From an uncultured bacterium (lineage in GTDB: Bacteria; Verrucomicrobiota; Kiritimatiellia; RFP12; UBA1067), in contig CACWIW010000003.1 in assembly GCA_902761035.1 (NCBI GenBank), forward strand, positions 508 through 64,507: a stretch of DNA of 64,000 nucleotides, written 5' to 3'. A program made the translations under genes and the position numbers. The notes under the pieces were generated by a model. The model was not told where the DNA came from and ran no database searches. It was given only the letters and a program-made list of their open reading frames with translations. Below are positions 33,101-42,000 of the stretch, piece by piece. How positions within the stretch are numbered: position 1 is the stretch's first letter; each line of letters starts with the position of its first letter.

Positions 33101-35428
33101 GACGTCGCCGGCGGAACGGTGACGCTCTACGCGGACTGGGCGCCGGATACGTACACGGTCACGCTCGATCAGCAGGGCGGTGCAGGCGGCTCGCCTAGCG
33201 TGAGGACGACTTACAACGCGACGCTCCCGACCATCACATGCCCTACGCGCACTGGCTATGCCTTTGGCGGCTACTATACGGCGCCGAATGGCGGTGGAAA
33301 GCAGTACTACGCGCCTGACGGGACGCCGGAAAAATGTGATTTTACAACTAATTTGGCGTTCTACGCAAAGTGGATTCCAAACGAGTATGAGGTCGAGTTC
33401 CTTCCGAACTGTACGGACTGCGACGGCACGATGGCCAAGCAGACTCTCACGTACGATCGCCTCTTGCGTCTCTCGCCCAACGCCTTCACGAGGCCAGGGC
33501 ATGTTTTCGCGGGCTGGGCAACGAATGCGACGGGAGAGGTTGTTTACGACGACGGTGCTGCGGTTTCCAACCTGACCGACGTCGCCGGCGAAACAGTGAC
33601 GCTCTTTGCGAAGTGGACGGCACTTGACGACGGTGAGCCTGATCCGGGGCCTGATCCGGTCGAGCCCGAGCTGGTGTGGACGTTGACGTTCGATGCGAAC
33701 GACGGCTCGGATGAGATGTCGATGCAGTCTTTTACGAATGGCGTGGAGCAGGCGTTGGCCTCAAATGCGTTTGTCCGCGTGGGCCATGCGTTCGCCGGGT
33801 GGGCGACGAATTCAACCGGCGAGGTAGTCTACGAGGACGGTGAAAGCGTGACGCTTGCCACGCACGCGCTTCTCTACGCGGTGTGGACGCCGGACACGTA
33901 CACGGTGACGCTCCACGCGAACGGCGGCGAGGGAAAAGATTCGGATGTAGTCGAATACGGCACGATGGTTGAAGACATTACGGTGCCAACCCGCGCGGGC
34001 TACACGTTTGCCGGCTGGTTCACGGCGGCAGAGGGCGGAGATTCGGTCCATGGCGACGTGCTGGTGACGGGCGACATGGAACTCTTCGCGCATTGGACTG
34101 AATCCGACGAGGAGGATACGGACACCCCCGAACCGGAGAACACCGACCCCTCGGAGCCGGGGAATACGGACACCCCTGAACCGGGGAACACAGACCCTTC
34201 GGAGCCGGGAAATACGGATACGCCAGAACCGGGGAATACGGACACTCCTGAACCGGGGAACGCCGACCCTGCGGAGCCGGGGAATACGGACACGCCGGAA
34301 CAGGGAAATACGGATACCCCTGAACCGGGAAATGCGCAGGGGCGGACGTATCTTTGGACTCCGGTTCTGCCTGACGGCGGCAATGGCGGCGATGCCGCGT
34401 TTACCGGAGAGATCGCGGAGTCATACGACGGATATTTACAGGATGCCGCCGGCAATGTAATGGGCACGATCACCCTTAAGGCAGCAAAGGCAAAGGGCGC
34501 AACGTCCAAGCTTACGGTGAAGCTCCAGTTGCTCGCGGAGAAGAAAACGACAGTGAGAGGCAGACTTGACATCGGCACAGGCAGGTTTGAGGCGACTGAC
34601 AGTTCCGGGCGTGCGCTGTCGCTGCTGGTTGGCGCGAACAGCCTGTCCGGGACCTACGGTTCGTACTTCATCGATGGCGGACAGAACAAGTTCACCACCA
34701 AGAGCGCCGCATCCAAGGCCATTGGCACGGCGGTGCTTGAGAAGTGGAAGGGCGTGACGACCGTGGCGTGGCGGCTCGCCGGGGACGGCTCGCCCTACCA
34801 TACGTTGTCCGTCTCCGTTGCCAACAAGGGCAAGGCGAAGGTGACGGGCACGCTCGCGGACGGAACGAAGGTGTCGGCGAAAGGACAGCTGATCGTTGGC
34901 GAGAGCTGGAGTTGCATTCCCGTGACATACGCCAAGAAGAACGCGAGGTTCGCGTTTAACGTGTGGTTGCCGAATGGCGCGGACGCGACGGGGCGCGTCC
35001 CTCCCGTGGTGACTGGGATTGAGGGAGCGATCATGGGCGCGCCGGGTTCGCTGAAGGGCGGGGCGGAGTTCAGGATCGACGCGGCGGCGCTCGGGTCGGT
35101 GCTGGGGAAGACCCTGCTTCCGTACTTGCCGGACGGCGTGCCCGTGGCGGGTGGCGCGAAGTGGACGCTGCCGAAGGCGGGGAAGGTCGTCTACGTGAAG
35201 GGCACGGCCACCGTGAACGAGGCGAAGGCTGGCGCGAACCCGTCTGGCCTGAAGCTCACGTACAAGGCGAAGGCCGGCACGTTCAAGGGATCGTTCAAGG
35301 CGTATGCGGATGTTGGCGGCAAGCCGAAGGCGACGACGGTGAAAGTGTCGGGCGTCGTAGTCGACGGTATCGGCTACGGTGCGGCCACGGTCAGGAAGGT
35401 TGGTGGCGTTCCGGTGAAGATTGAATAG
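27200..35428 (+). CDS. 2742-aa secreted protein with about 26 Listeria-Bacteroides repeat (InlB B-repeat, Flg_new-type) domains
   Basis: The signal peptide is MMFRSSVFALIAATMSFAAEG. GAGGTGA lies 4 nt upstream, and the start is 8 nt after the peptidase stop. The reiterated ~75-aa unit is Y.V.LD.Q.G.GG...VTATYGSAMP...PTRTGYTFGGYYT..NGGGTQYY...G.SAR.WD.T...TLYAKWT. Confidence 0.9.
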   Translation: MMFRSSVFALIAATMSFAAEGANITVSATVDSGIDSVALKAGYQSMEVSSAGATWNGWSIGTAYTPTFKGVATGYEGRWAVEKSGQATLSGGEEDTITIPTTSYSGCSLRFYSQAKRYKVALDQQGGSGETTSVTATYGAAMPAATMPTRTGYTFGGYYTGPNGGGTQYYTASGESARNWDATSVTKLYAKWTAGAYAVTLDRQSGTGGSSGVTATYGSEMPTITVPTRTGYTFGGYYTGTNGGGTQYYTAAGTSAKSWDGTRDTTLYAKWTALTYTVKLDRQSGTGGDRSVTAAYGSAMPTLTTLPARTGYRFGGYYTSPNGGGTQYYKADGTSARNWDKTSATTLYAYWASATYTVKLDRQSGSGGPDTVTATYGSAMPEAKMPTRQGYTFGGYWYYSEVNGDGVQYYKADGTSARNWNKTDDATLYAKWTASTYTITLDMQDGSGGSSSVCVKYGLPMLTPIVLPTRTGYTFGGYYTIQGGGGKQYYTASGGSARNWEETSVTKLYAKWTADACKVTLDQQGGSGGTNYVTVAYNSTMPSIAGGLPTRTGYAFGGYYTGENGGGTQYYRADGTSARKWNETSDAKLYAKWTADKGLVTLDQQSGSGGDVSITATYDLALPTITVPTRTGYTFGGYYAEQNGEGTQYYKADGTSARKWDNTDIKTLYAKWTVVEYTVTLDQQDGSGGSTRVTAKYNEALPSVACPTRKGYTFGGYWTDIKGGGKQYYTPSGESANDWNETSDTKLYAMWTAETVTVTLDQQPGTGGSPSVTATYDSALPKITVPTRTGYTFGGYYTGENGGGMQYYDSNGRSARKWDNTGITTLYAKWTVIKYTLTFDKQSGTGGTSSETTTYGSELPTITVPTRTGFTFGGYWTAPDGCGTQYYKDDGTGARKWDETDNTTLYAKWTVITYTLTFDRQDGTGGTFSVTTTYGSAMPAATMPTRTGYTFGGYYTEPNGRGTQYYDSDGKSANNWDKTDDTTLYAKWTVIEYTLTFDKQSGTGGTSKVTTTYGSELPAITVPTRTGYTFGGYWTASDGGGTQYYAPDGTPKKCDFTSDLACYAKWIPYEYEVAFHQNGADGGGTMANMQLTYDIPTSLTACEFTRTGYAFDRWSSDTNYNSRTKYYADCEVVSNLTTTAGTVVDLYANWTGIVYTVTFDANGGEGTMDPMACTYGVTTNLTACEFTHGDGWGFKEWTNAVGDVFCDKALVTNLTATAGAEVALYACWTGATYAVTFDARDPRGDGVMTNGTGESVSVLTNYVVVGEEWELPTPTNQVNPYLVFDCWIAPGVTKRLPNEVPPPSAGVMNLVATWKWNPDELAIAVNAPELEFKTFGTTSENYVSPTESEYSASWFAQTDFTHDEEHDEKQAVQSGALPKQSRDDHVYVSWLTTKVEGRGVLSFWWKCNAQPLQQDLNQHATEGRVGDMLWFYYSDDVLTNKVAELSEVTEWRYVAFTNKSDAAVSFAWAFVYVGGWSDTANDFYDNGGGTGWVDRVTWTPEKYTVSFNPNGGYGWMDDQTFTNNVASCLSSNAFTNIGHKFLGWATNETDEVVYSDGQEISKQPVPGGTVKLYAVWDLNKYTISFRDGENEVKSITQDYGTAVTPPPNPSRTGCTFAGWAPAVPETVPAENMTCTAQWMTNKYTISFRDGEREVMSITQDYGTAVTAPEDPSRTGHAFAGWTPGVPETVPASNVICTAQWTTNRYTITFDDRGEVVKSIAQDYGTEVTAPEVPSWAGHEFVGWTPAVPETVPAENMTCTAQWTTNTYTVVFDVNGGEGEMDDQDFAYDQVSGLTSNALTRVGYTFKGWTNVTDEVFFADGAAVSNLTDVAGGAVKLYAVWELNDYTITFYDRGEVVETVTKGYGTAVTAPELSWTGHEFAGWTPAVPETVPAEDMTCTAQWTTNTYTVVFDVNGGEGAMNDQDFTYDQASSLTSNVLTRVGYTFEGWATDAAGEFVYADGAVVSNLTDVAGGTVTLYADWAPDTYTVTLDQQGGAGGSPSVRTTYNATLPTITCPTRTGYAFGGYYTAPNGGGKQYYAPDGTPEKCDFTTNLAFYAKWIPNEYEVEFLPNCTDCDGTMAKQTLTYDRLLRLSPNAFTRPGHVFAGWATNATGEVVYDDGAAVSNLTDVAGETVTLFAKWTALDDGEPDPGPDPVEPELVWTLTFDANDGSDEMSMQSFTNGVEQALASNAFVRVGHAFAGWATNSTGEVVYEDGESVTLATHALLYAVWTPDTYTVTLHANGGEGKDSDVVEYGTMVEDITVPTRAGYTFAGWFTAAEGGDSVHGDVLVTGDMELFAHWTESDEEDTDTPEPENTDPSEPGNTDTPEPGNTDPSEPGNTDTPEPGNTDTPEPGNADPAEPGNTDTPEQGNTDTPEPGNAQGRTYLWTPVLPDGGNGGDAAFTGEIAESYDGYLQDAAGNVMGTITLKAAKAKGATSKLTVKLQLLAEKKTTVRGRLDIGTGRFEATDSSGRALSLLVGANSLSGTYGSYFIDGGQNKFTTKSAASKAIGTAVLEKWKGVTTVAWRLAGDGSPYHTLSVSVANKGKAKVTGTLADGTKVSAKGQLIVGESWSCIPVTYAKKNARFAFNVWLPNGADATGRVPPVVTGIEGAIMGAPGSLKGGAEFRIDAAALGSVLGKTLLPYLPDGVPVAGGAKWTLPKAGKVVYVKGTATVNEAKAGANPSGLKLTYKAKAGTFKGSFKAYADVGGKPKATTVKVSGVVVDGIGYGAATVRKVGGVPVKIE
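27551..31141 (+). repeat. InlB-B/Flg_new repeat array I (about 15 units)
   Basis: The units end in LYAKWT, LYAYW, LYAMW, CYAKW, LYANW, LYACW or LVATW. Confidence 0.8.
31703..34099 (+). repeat. InlB-B/Flg_new repeat array II (about 11 units, alternating short ~62-aa and long ~78-aa types)
   Basis: An example short unit is TNKYTISFRDGENEVKSITQDYGTAVT...TGCTFAGWAPAVPETVPAENMTCTAQW. A short-plus-long pair is reiterated at 32301-32720 and 32721-33145. Confidence 0.8.
34118..34333 (+). repeat. 24-bp (8-aa) tandem repeat TDTPEPGN x9
   Basis: The codon-level reading gives nine consecutive units with minor variants (TDPSEPGN, ADPAEPGN, TDTPEQGN). Confidence 0.9.
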
Positions 35429-35450
35429 TCGCACGGAGGAAAATTTCCTA

Positions 35451-35480
35451 TTGCCCTAACGGCAGAAATTGTGCTAAACT
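35451..35480 (+). promoter_or_regulatory. possible internal promoter: TTGCCC (35451-35456), 18-bp spacer, extended -10 TGcTAAACT (35472-35480)
   Basis: Read directly from the sequence in the 94-bp gap before the lipoprotein gene. Confidence 0.3.
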
Positions 35481-35522
35481 AAAAAACGCTTCCGAAAGGT
35501 TGGCCTTAAAGAGGCAGGATAG

Positions 35523-36032
35523 ATGAGACATATAAAAGAAAAAGCAGTCGCTCCGCTGGGAGCGGTTCTGTGCGTGTGCGCGTGCCTAGTTGGGTGCGAG
35601 CGTAGGGAGACTGCACCCTCGTCTCCCGCGCCAGCGCCGAAGGTCCAGCCGGTGGCCACGCCGAAAGAGCCTTCGCCCTTGTCGATCGAGGCGCGCGCGA
35701 AGGACAAGGACTACCAGGCGATGCTCAAGGGTAGCGTGGCGGCCCAGCGGCGCACGCTGGCGGAGCGGGAGAAGATCGAATCGCGCCTCGCCGTGTTGCG
35801 GGAGCGCGCGAGGAAGGCGCTGCCCGAGGGCGCCACGGACGCGCAGGTGCTTGAGGAACTTGAGAACAATCCCAGGAAGTATCCGGCCTGGCGCGAGCTA
35901 TCCGCCGCGATGAAGGCCAACGTGGCCGAGGAAGAGAAGCTCAAGGCGGCGGCTCAGTCGGCGCTTCGCCAGAGGATTTTGCGTGAAAAGACCGCAGGCC
36001 GCGCACAGGGCGCGCCTACGGTGGAAAAATGA
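35523..36032 (+). CDS. small coiled-coil lipoprotein (169 aa), function unknown
   Basis: The signal and lipobox are AVLCVCACLVGCE. The remainder is K/E/A/R-rich helical sequence. The gene ends 26 nt before the giant ORF start. Confidence 0.6.
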   Translation: MRHIKEKAVAPLGAVLCVCACLVGCERRETAPSSPAPAPKVQPVATPKEPSPLSIEARAKDKDYQAMLKGSVAAQRRTLAEREKIESRLAVLRERARKALPEGATDAQVLEELENNPRKYPAWRELSAAMKANVAEEEKLKAAAQSALRQRILREKTAGRAQGAPTVEK

Positions 36033-36058
36033 TTTACCTAGAAGGAAGGCGGTTCAAC

Positions 36059-39000
36059 ATGAACATGAAGAGAAAAATTGGCATCTGTGCCACGCTCCTT
36101 GCGGCGCTGCTGTTCGCAGTGCCCCAGTCGGCCCAGGCATCGGGCAAGATAAGGCGTGTCGACGTCTACGACCCCAGCGGCCTTCACACGTTTCCGAACC
36201 ACGATGGGCACGACAGGCCGCTGACGGTTGGCGACACTATCTACATCCGCTTCCGCCTTGCGAACCTCGAATGGCGGCGTACCGAGAATGATCCCTCCTA
36301 CACGAATCCGTGGGCGTTCACGTACACGGGGCCGCTAACTGGCAACGTGAGCATTGACGAGTTGAACCGGATCGCGGCGAACAAGCCGTGCCTCGGCCTT
36401 TGGGTAAGCGGTAGCCTCCGCGAGGCGGAGTGTGTCAACTGGCCGATGGGCGTTGCCTCCGACTGGCTGACCGCCGACGCACAAGATCCCAACGACCGAG
36501 GCTCCCTGAACGGCAGGCACTACACGGACCTCATCTTCAAGTACACAGTACAGGCTGGCGACATCGCCCTTCCGCTCCAGCTCGCCAATGAATCCGGCAA
36601 CGGCCCCTCCACAGGCGCCGAGGGGTATTACCTGAAGCGCGGCAAGCAGGACACTCTCTGGAAAATCCAGGCTACCACGAACTCGGCGGACACTGCGTAC
36701 ACCGTGACGGCGGATTTCAAGTTTGGCGAAGCGAACCTTGCTCTGGACCCTGATTTCAGCGGCGACGGAACTTCGTCCTGGCTTGATGCGCAGGACAGCG
36801 AAAACCGCGACCTCGACCTTTACATTGCGGGCGCGTACATCCAGGCCATTGACTTCGACAAGACGTACTTCAACGAGGGAGATGGGATTTGGCGCTCCAT
36901 CGCGCAGGGGTCGACCACGGCCGACCCCGGCACGCCCATGGTGGAAATCGCCGGCGGCGCGGCCGAGCCGATGAAGCTCTACCTGTGGACGACGAACGAC
37001 GTCGCCGAAATCGTGGTCGGCGGACAGGTGTATGAGGTCGTGGAGCGCGACTTCCGCGACGGGACGCACAAGGTGGGCACGCTCAGCATCACCGCCGGCA
37101 ACGAGAACGTGCCGTTCTCCATAAAGGCTACGGGAGCGGTCGGCGGCACTGCCGATATCTTCCTCTCCGCAACGCCGACGAACATCTACAATGATTCGAA
37201 CCTCCTCATCACCAACTTCATAAAGCGCACCATCAAGGTGGGCGAGCCGCTGCCCCCCAGCATGACCGTGAGCGTGAACGGCAAGAACCGGGATACGGTG
37301 GAGGCCAACCCGGACTTCAGCAAAGCCCTTGTGGCCGTGAGTGTCACATTGTCCGAGCCGTGGACGAACAACTACGAACTGTCCATCCCGATCAAGGTGA
37401 CGGTGAAGGAGGATCCTTCGCTGAACGCGACGAACTACGTGAGGATGTCGAGTGAGTCTGAATTTTTCAACGAAGCCTGGGAAGACGTGCTCACGGTGCC
37501 GGCCGGAACTCCGGCGAGCGGGAGCACCACCCCCACCTATTCGCTCTGGATGTACGCCAACCGCGGATCGGTAGAGACGGAGAACACCGGCCTGCTCGTG
37601 GAGGTGGATACGAACCGTCTGGACGCGGCCGCGCGCAGCATCTTCATCGGCAAGTTCACGCCCGCCACCGTGCTGGTGAAGCGCAGCACGCCCGAGATCA
37701 CGAAGGATGTGATCGTCACGGCGGATGCGAACGCCGACGCTCAGGTGACCGTGAACGTGGCCGACGCCTGGGGAGAGCTTCGCCCCCCCTGTACCTACAC
37801 GGTCTACTGGAGCAACTCCGGCAACGACTCGCCTGCTTACTACACGCCGATTTCCGACCTGGCCGCCACGGCTTCCGGCGACATTACCTTCAATGTCAAG
37901 TACTCGCAGAAGGGCGACTACGAGTCGCTGTTTTACGTGGTGAATGCGGATGGCAAGCAGTCGAACAAGCGTACCGCGTACGTACACGTGAACGCGGCGA
38001 AGGTGGTGGAGGCCACGCTCCTCAACCGCGGGAAATTCGCCGAAACCAATCCGTTTGACGAACCACAGCCAGTCGTCACACTTTCCTTCGGCGACGAAGG
38101 GTTCAGGATGCCGGACGATTCCGATTACGGGTACATTTTCTTTGTGCCGAAGAGCGATAACGCATCCAACCTCGTGACGTGCGCGGAGATGGACCGCGAC
38201 GACGAGCACGACTGGAAGTGGGGTGTTCAAGTGTATCGCGGCGACATGGAAGTCGGCCCGATTGAAATGACGCTCCTTGACGGTACCGCGAAGGGTCTCA
38301 AGATGGAGTACGACATCATCGTGCGTTCGGACCCTGACTTCGACTTGGGCTATCAGGTGACGAGCTGGAGCTCAAAGGGCTTCTACTTCACCGTTACGAA
38401 CGTGGCGCCAAACGTCAGCGCCGTGAAGATGGGTGCGGAGACGCTGTATGAGAGTGGCGGCCAGATGGGGAATGTGTCCCTTGGCGTGACGAAGTCGTTC
38501 TATGCCGAAACAGACGATCCATCGGACATCGACTTCTACGCCGACGAACCTAACTACGCCAATCAGGCAACAGTGTTCCAGACGCACTGGGACATCAAAC
38601 TCGGCACCAGCACCCTGTTCACCACCAACGTGTTCGGACCACCGACCGTACCGTTCAACTACACCTTCAGGCAGGCGGGAACATATACGGTTGAAGTGTC
38701 GATGCGCGACAAGGACTCGATTGACCGCACGCGCTATCCCGACAGATTCGGTCCGAAGTTCACGTTCACCGTGATTGTGGACTCCAAGCCCGCAGTCTCT
38801 CTTGCGCCTCATTTCGGAACGACCGCGTTCAATGAAAACTCCGGCGGTGCCGGCGAGAACGCCCTGAGCCGCATCGACGTGAACCTCTCGACCCTGCCGA
38901 CCGAGCAGATCGCCGTGCAGCTCACAATCGAGCGCGCGGGAGCGGACAACGGCAACTATCCCCTGCCCGAACTCAGCACCACGACGCTCTCGTTCGGCGG

Positions 39001-42000
39001 CGAAAGCCCCAATACAACCAACGCCTGGTTTACGCTGCGGAACCTGGACGGTACGGACCGTACGTTGGATCCCGGATTCGTGATTCGCGCCGCCGTCACG
39101 AACACGACGGTGAATGGCGACAGCGTGCCGTGGAAAGAAGTTTACCGTTCGACGGAACTTCCGATCACCATCGCAAACCTTGCGCCCGAGGTCACGCGGC
39201 CAGCTTCGAACACGGTTACGAGAGCCATCAACGAGCCGTTCACCATCAACTACACCTTCAAGGACTTCGGTTCCTACGATATGTATAACAATGGGGTCAA
39301 GGGCGAGACCCTATACTGGACAATCACCGGCGAGCCCTCGGTTGAGCAAACAATCACGCCGAACGCGAATACCTATCGTGGTACGTTCACGACCCAGTTC
39401 TCTAGCGCAGGCACCAAGACGATTCAGCTGCAGGTCGTGGACAAGGACGGCGGAGAGTCCGAGGTGGCCACATGGTACTACAGGGTCGATGCGGCCAAGC
39501 AGTTAATCGTCAATCCATGCGGCCCCGGTACAAGCGGTGGAGGCAATTTCGCGACCACATGGACCGGACAGCGCAACGTCGGCGTAGGCCGCGTGTGGGC
39601 AACAGGAGGCACAATCAAGCCGTTCTCCAACTTCTCGCACATCTACACCTACGCGCCGTCCATTGCCTCCGGCACCGCATTCGCCCATGGCTACAGCGCG
39701 GGGGCCGAAGACAGCGGCTCGCTGACGCCTGGAACGGACTATGCCGTCACGGACAGGGCGCATGGCGGCAGACACCCTGCAACAGGAAATTATTATAAGG
39801 CGGACGCGACGAAGGACAGCTTCTTCTACGCTTGGCTGCTAACGACGGGCGGCGGTGCGGCCGGCACCACCACGTCCCTGCTGAAACTCTCCCCGGAATA
39901 CGGTGCGGACAGCGTTGCAATGCAGCGCGTCGACCTTCCCGAAGAGGAGAAGGACGCCACTTACTATCCCGATACGGTCCTCGATGCAATCTTCTCGAAG
40001 GAATACCTCGTCTCCGACAACCTCGGCGACATCAACGGAGACCAGATTCCGGATGTTTACGCCGTGAGTCCGATCTGGGACGGCGGCAAGAGACTGTATG
40101 AAGTGGCCGGCTTCTCGGCCGAGTCGGGCGGCGACGTGTCGTTCCGCGCCTTCTCCTACAATGACGACGGCGACTACCTGCCGTCCAAGTCCTTCCAGGG
40201 CGGAATGCCGAGTACAAGCGACGGCTGGTCGACACTTGGCGAGCCATTCACCGCCTATAGGGAAATCCGCGGCCAACATGAGGGACTGAACCACCGCACG
40301 GAGCACGACGGGCTGAACCACTACGTCCGCGGCGAGTGGGTGTCCGTGCCGCACTTCTCCGAGGCCGAGACGAACGCCGTCGCGTACTGGAACGCCAAGC
40401 GCAACGGCAGTCCCACGCCCGATCTCGTGACATGGACGGAATTCAAGGCGGCTGCGACTAACGAGGCGACATACGCCACGGAATTTGCGGAATGGTCCAG
40501 CAAATTCGAGACCGCCGTCAGGGATCCGAACAGCTGGATCCCCGAGAAGCGCACGGACCCGACGCTTTGGGACACCGATGGCGACAGTCTGCCCGACGGC
40601 TACGAGTACTACTTCTGGTATAGGGCCGCCGTCGGCACGATTAATGACGGAAAATGGGTGCAGCTGACGGGCGAGAAGTTCACGCTGAACAACATCACAA
40701 AGGGCGATCCGCTTTCGCCAGAAGACATCATGAAGGCGTTCGACCCGACGGTTATGGCCAGCGGCGACATCGCCACGCGCGACACCGACAACGACGGCCT
40801 CACCGACCTCGAGGAATTCGCCATGGGCACCAATCCCATCCACTGGGACTCCGACGGCGACGGCATGAACGACCTCTGGGAGGTGATGCGCGGGTTGAAC
40901 CCGCTCAAGGTTCCCTCGAATCCCGAAATGAACCCGGACGGCGACTTCATGGCCTCCTACCACACGCCGAAATCGTACGCCATCGTGACGCTCAACAACG
41001 GAAAGGTCTACGCTCTCGAGCAGAACGGAACCAACCTCAAGACGTTCGAGGCGGAAAGCTTCGACGGCGACGGCGGCAAGACCAAGGGCGGCACGAACGT
41101 GCTCGCATCCGTCGTGTTCGGCGTGGAGGACGTCTCGAACGTCACGGCGATCGCCGTGTTCCACTACGGCAACAACTCCGCCGTGTGCGTGCCGAAGAAA
41201 CGCGGCAACCCCAATGCGCAGGAGAAGCCGCTCGATCCCGACGAGGTGAGCCTGGCCGATACGGAGGTCGTGTCGGTCCAGCTCAACCAGGATCTGATGC
41301 TCATCCACGACCAGGTCTACAACCAGCTTGAATTCCACCCGTACACGGCCTGGCACATCAACTCGAACGGAGACGTCTCCGCCCGCTGGGGCGCGGCCGT
41401 GAACACCGTGGCGTACAACTGCGTGGACGAATACCGCCTGATGAAGTACCGCTACGAGACGGGAATCGCCACCCGAGACAATAACCGGCCGCTTGCCGAC
41501 ATCTTCCTTGACCTCACCACCAATCCGAACAAGCCGTTCTCGGAGGCTGCCTATACCGTTTCCTGGGCCGGCACTGACGGCGGCGGATCGGAGCAGGTCG
41601 CAGCCGTCGCTGAGATTCCGACGTACTCCAGCACGAACCACGGCGCAGACACCGACGAGGACGGCATCCCCGACGGCTGGGAACTGTATGTGGGCGCCAA
41701 CCCAAACGACGCTCTAGACGCCAGCGGCGACGGCGACCACGACGGCCTGAGCCTGCGCAACGAATACGCCGGCTCCGACTCCTGCAACGCCTACGGGTTC
41801 GCCACTAACGGCAACAACGTGGGAACAATATACCAGTACCATCCCGGCCACGCAAAGGGCTGGTACAACAAGTTCACCCCGACCGACCCCAAGGACGGCG
41901 ATACCGACCGCGACGGCCTGAGCGACGGCAGCGAAGGCAGCGCGTTCATATACGGCGACCCGACGGACGACGGCTCCACGTGCATACGCGGCGGCGGCCT

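Noticed and set aside
36029-36058. The upstream ATG at 36029 was considered as the start of the giant ORF.
   Set aside because: It overlaps the lipoprotein stop and adds MIYLEGRRFN ahead of a canonical signal peptide. The ATG at 36059 gives MNMKRKIG... with a purine-rich stretch (GAAGGAAGG) 8 nt upstream.
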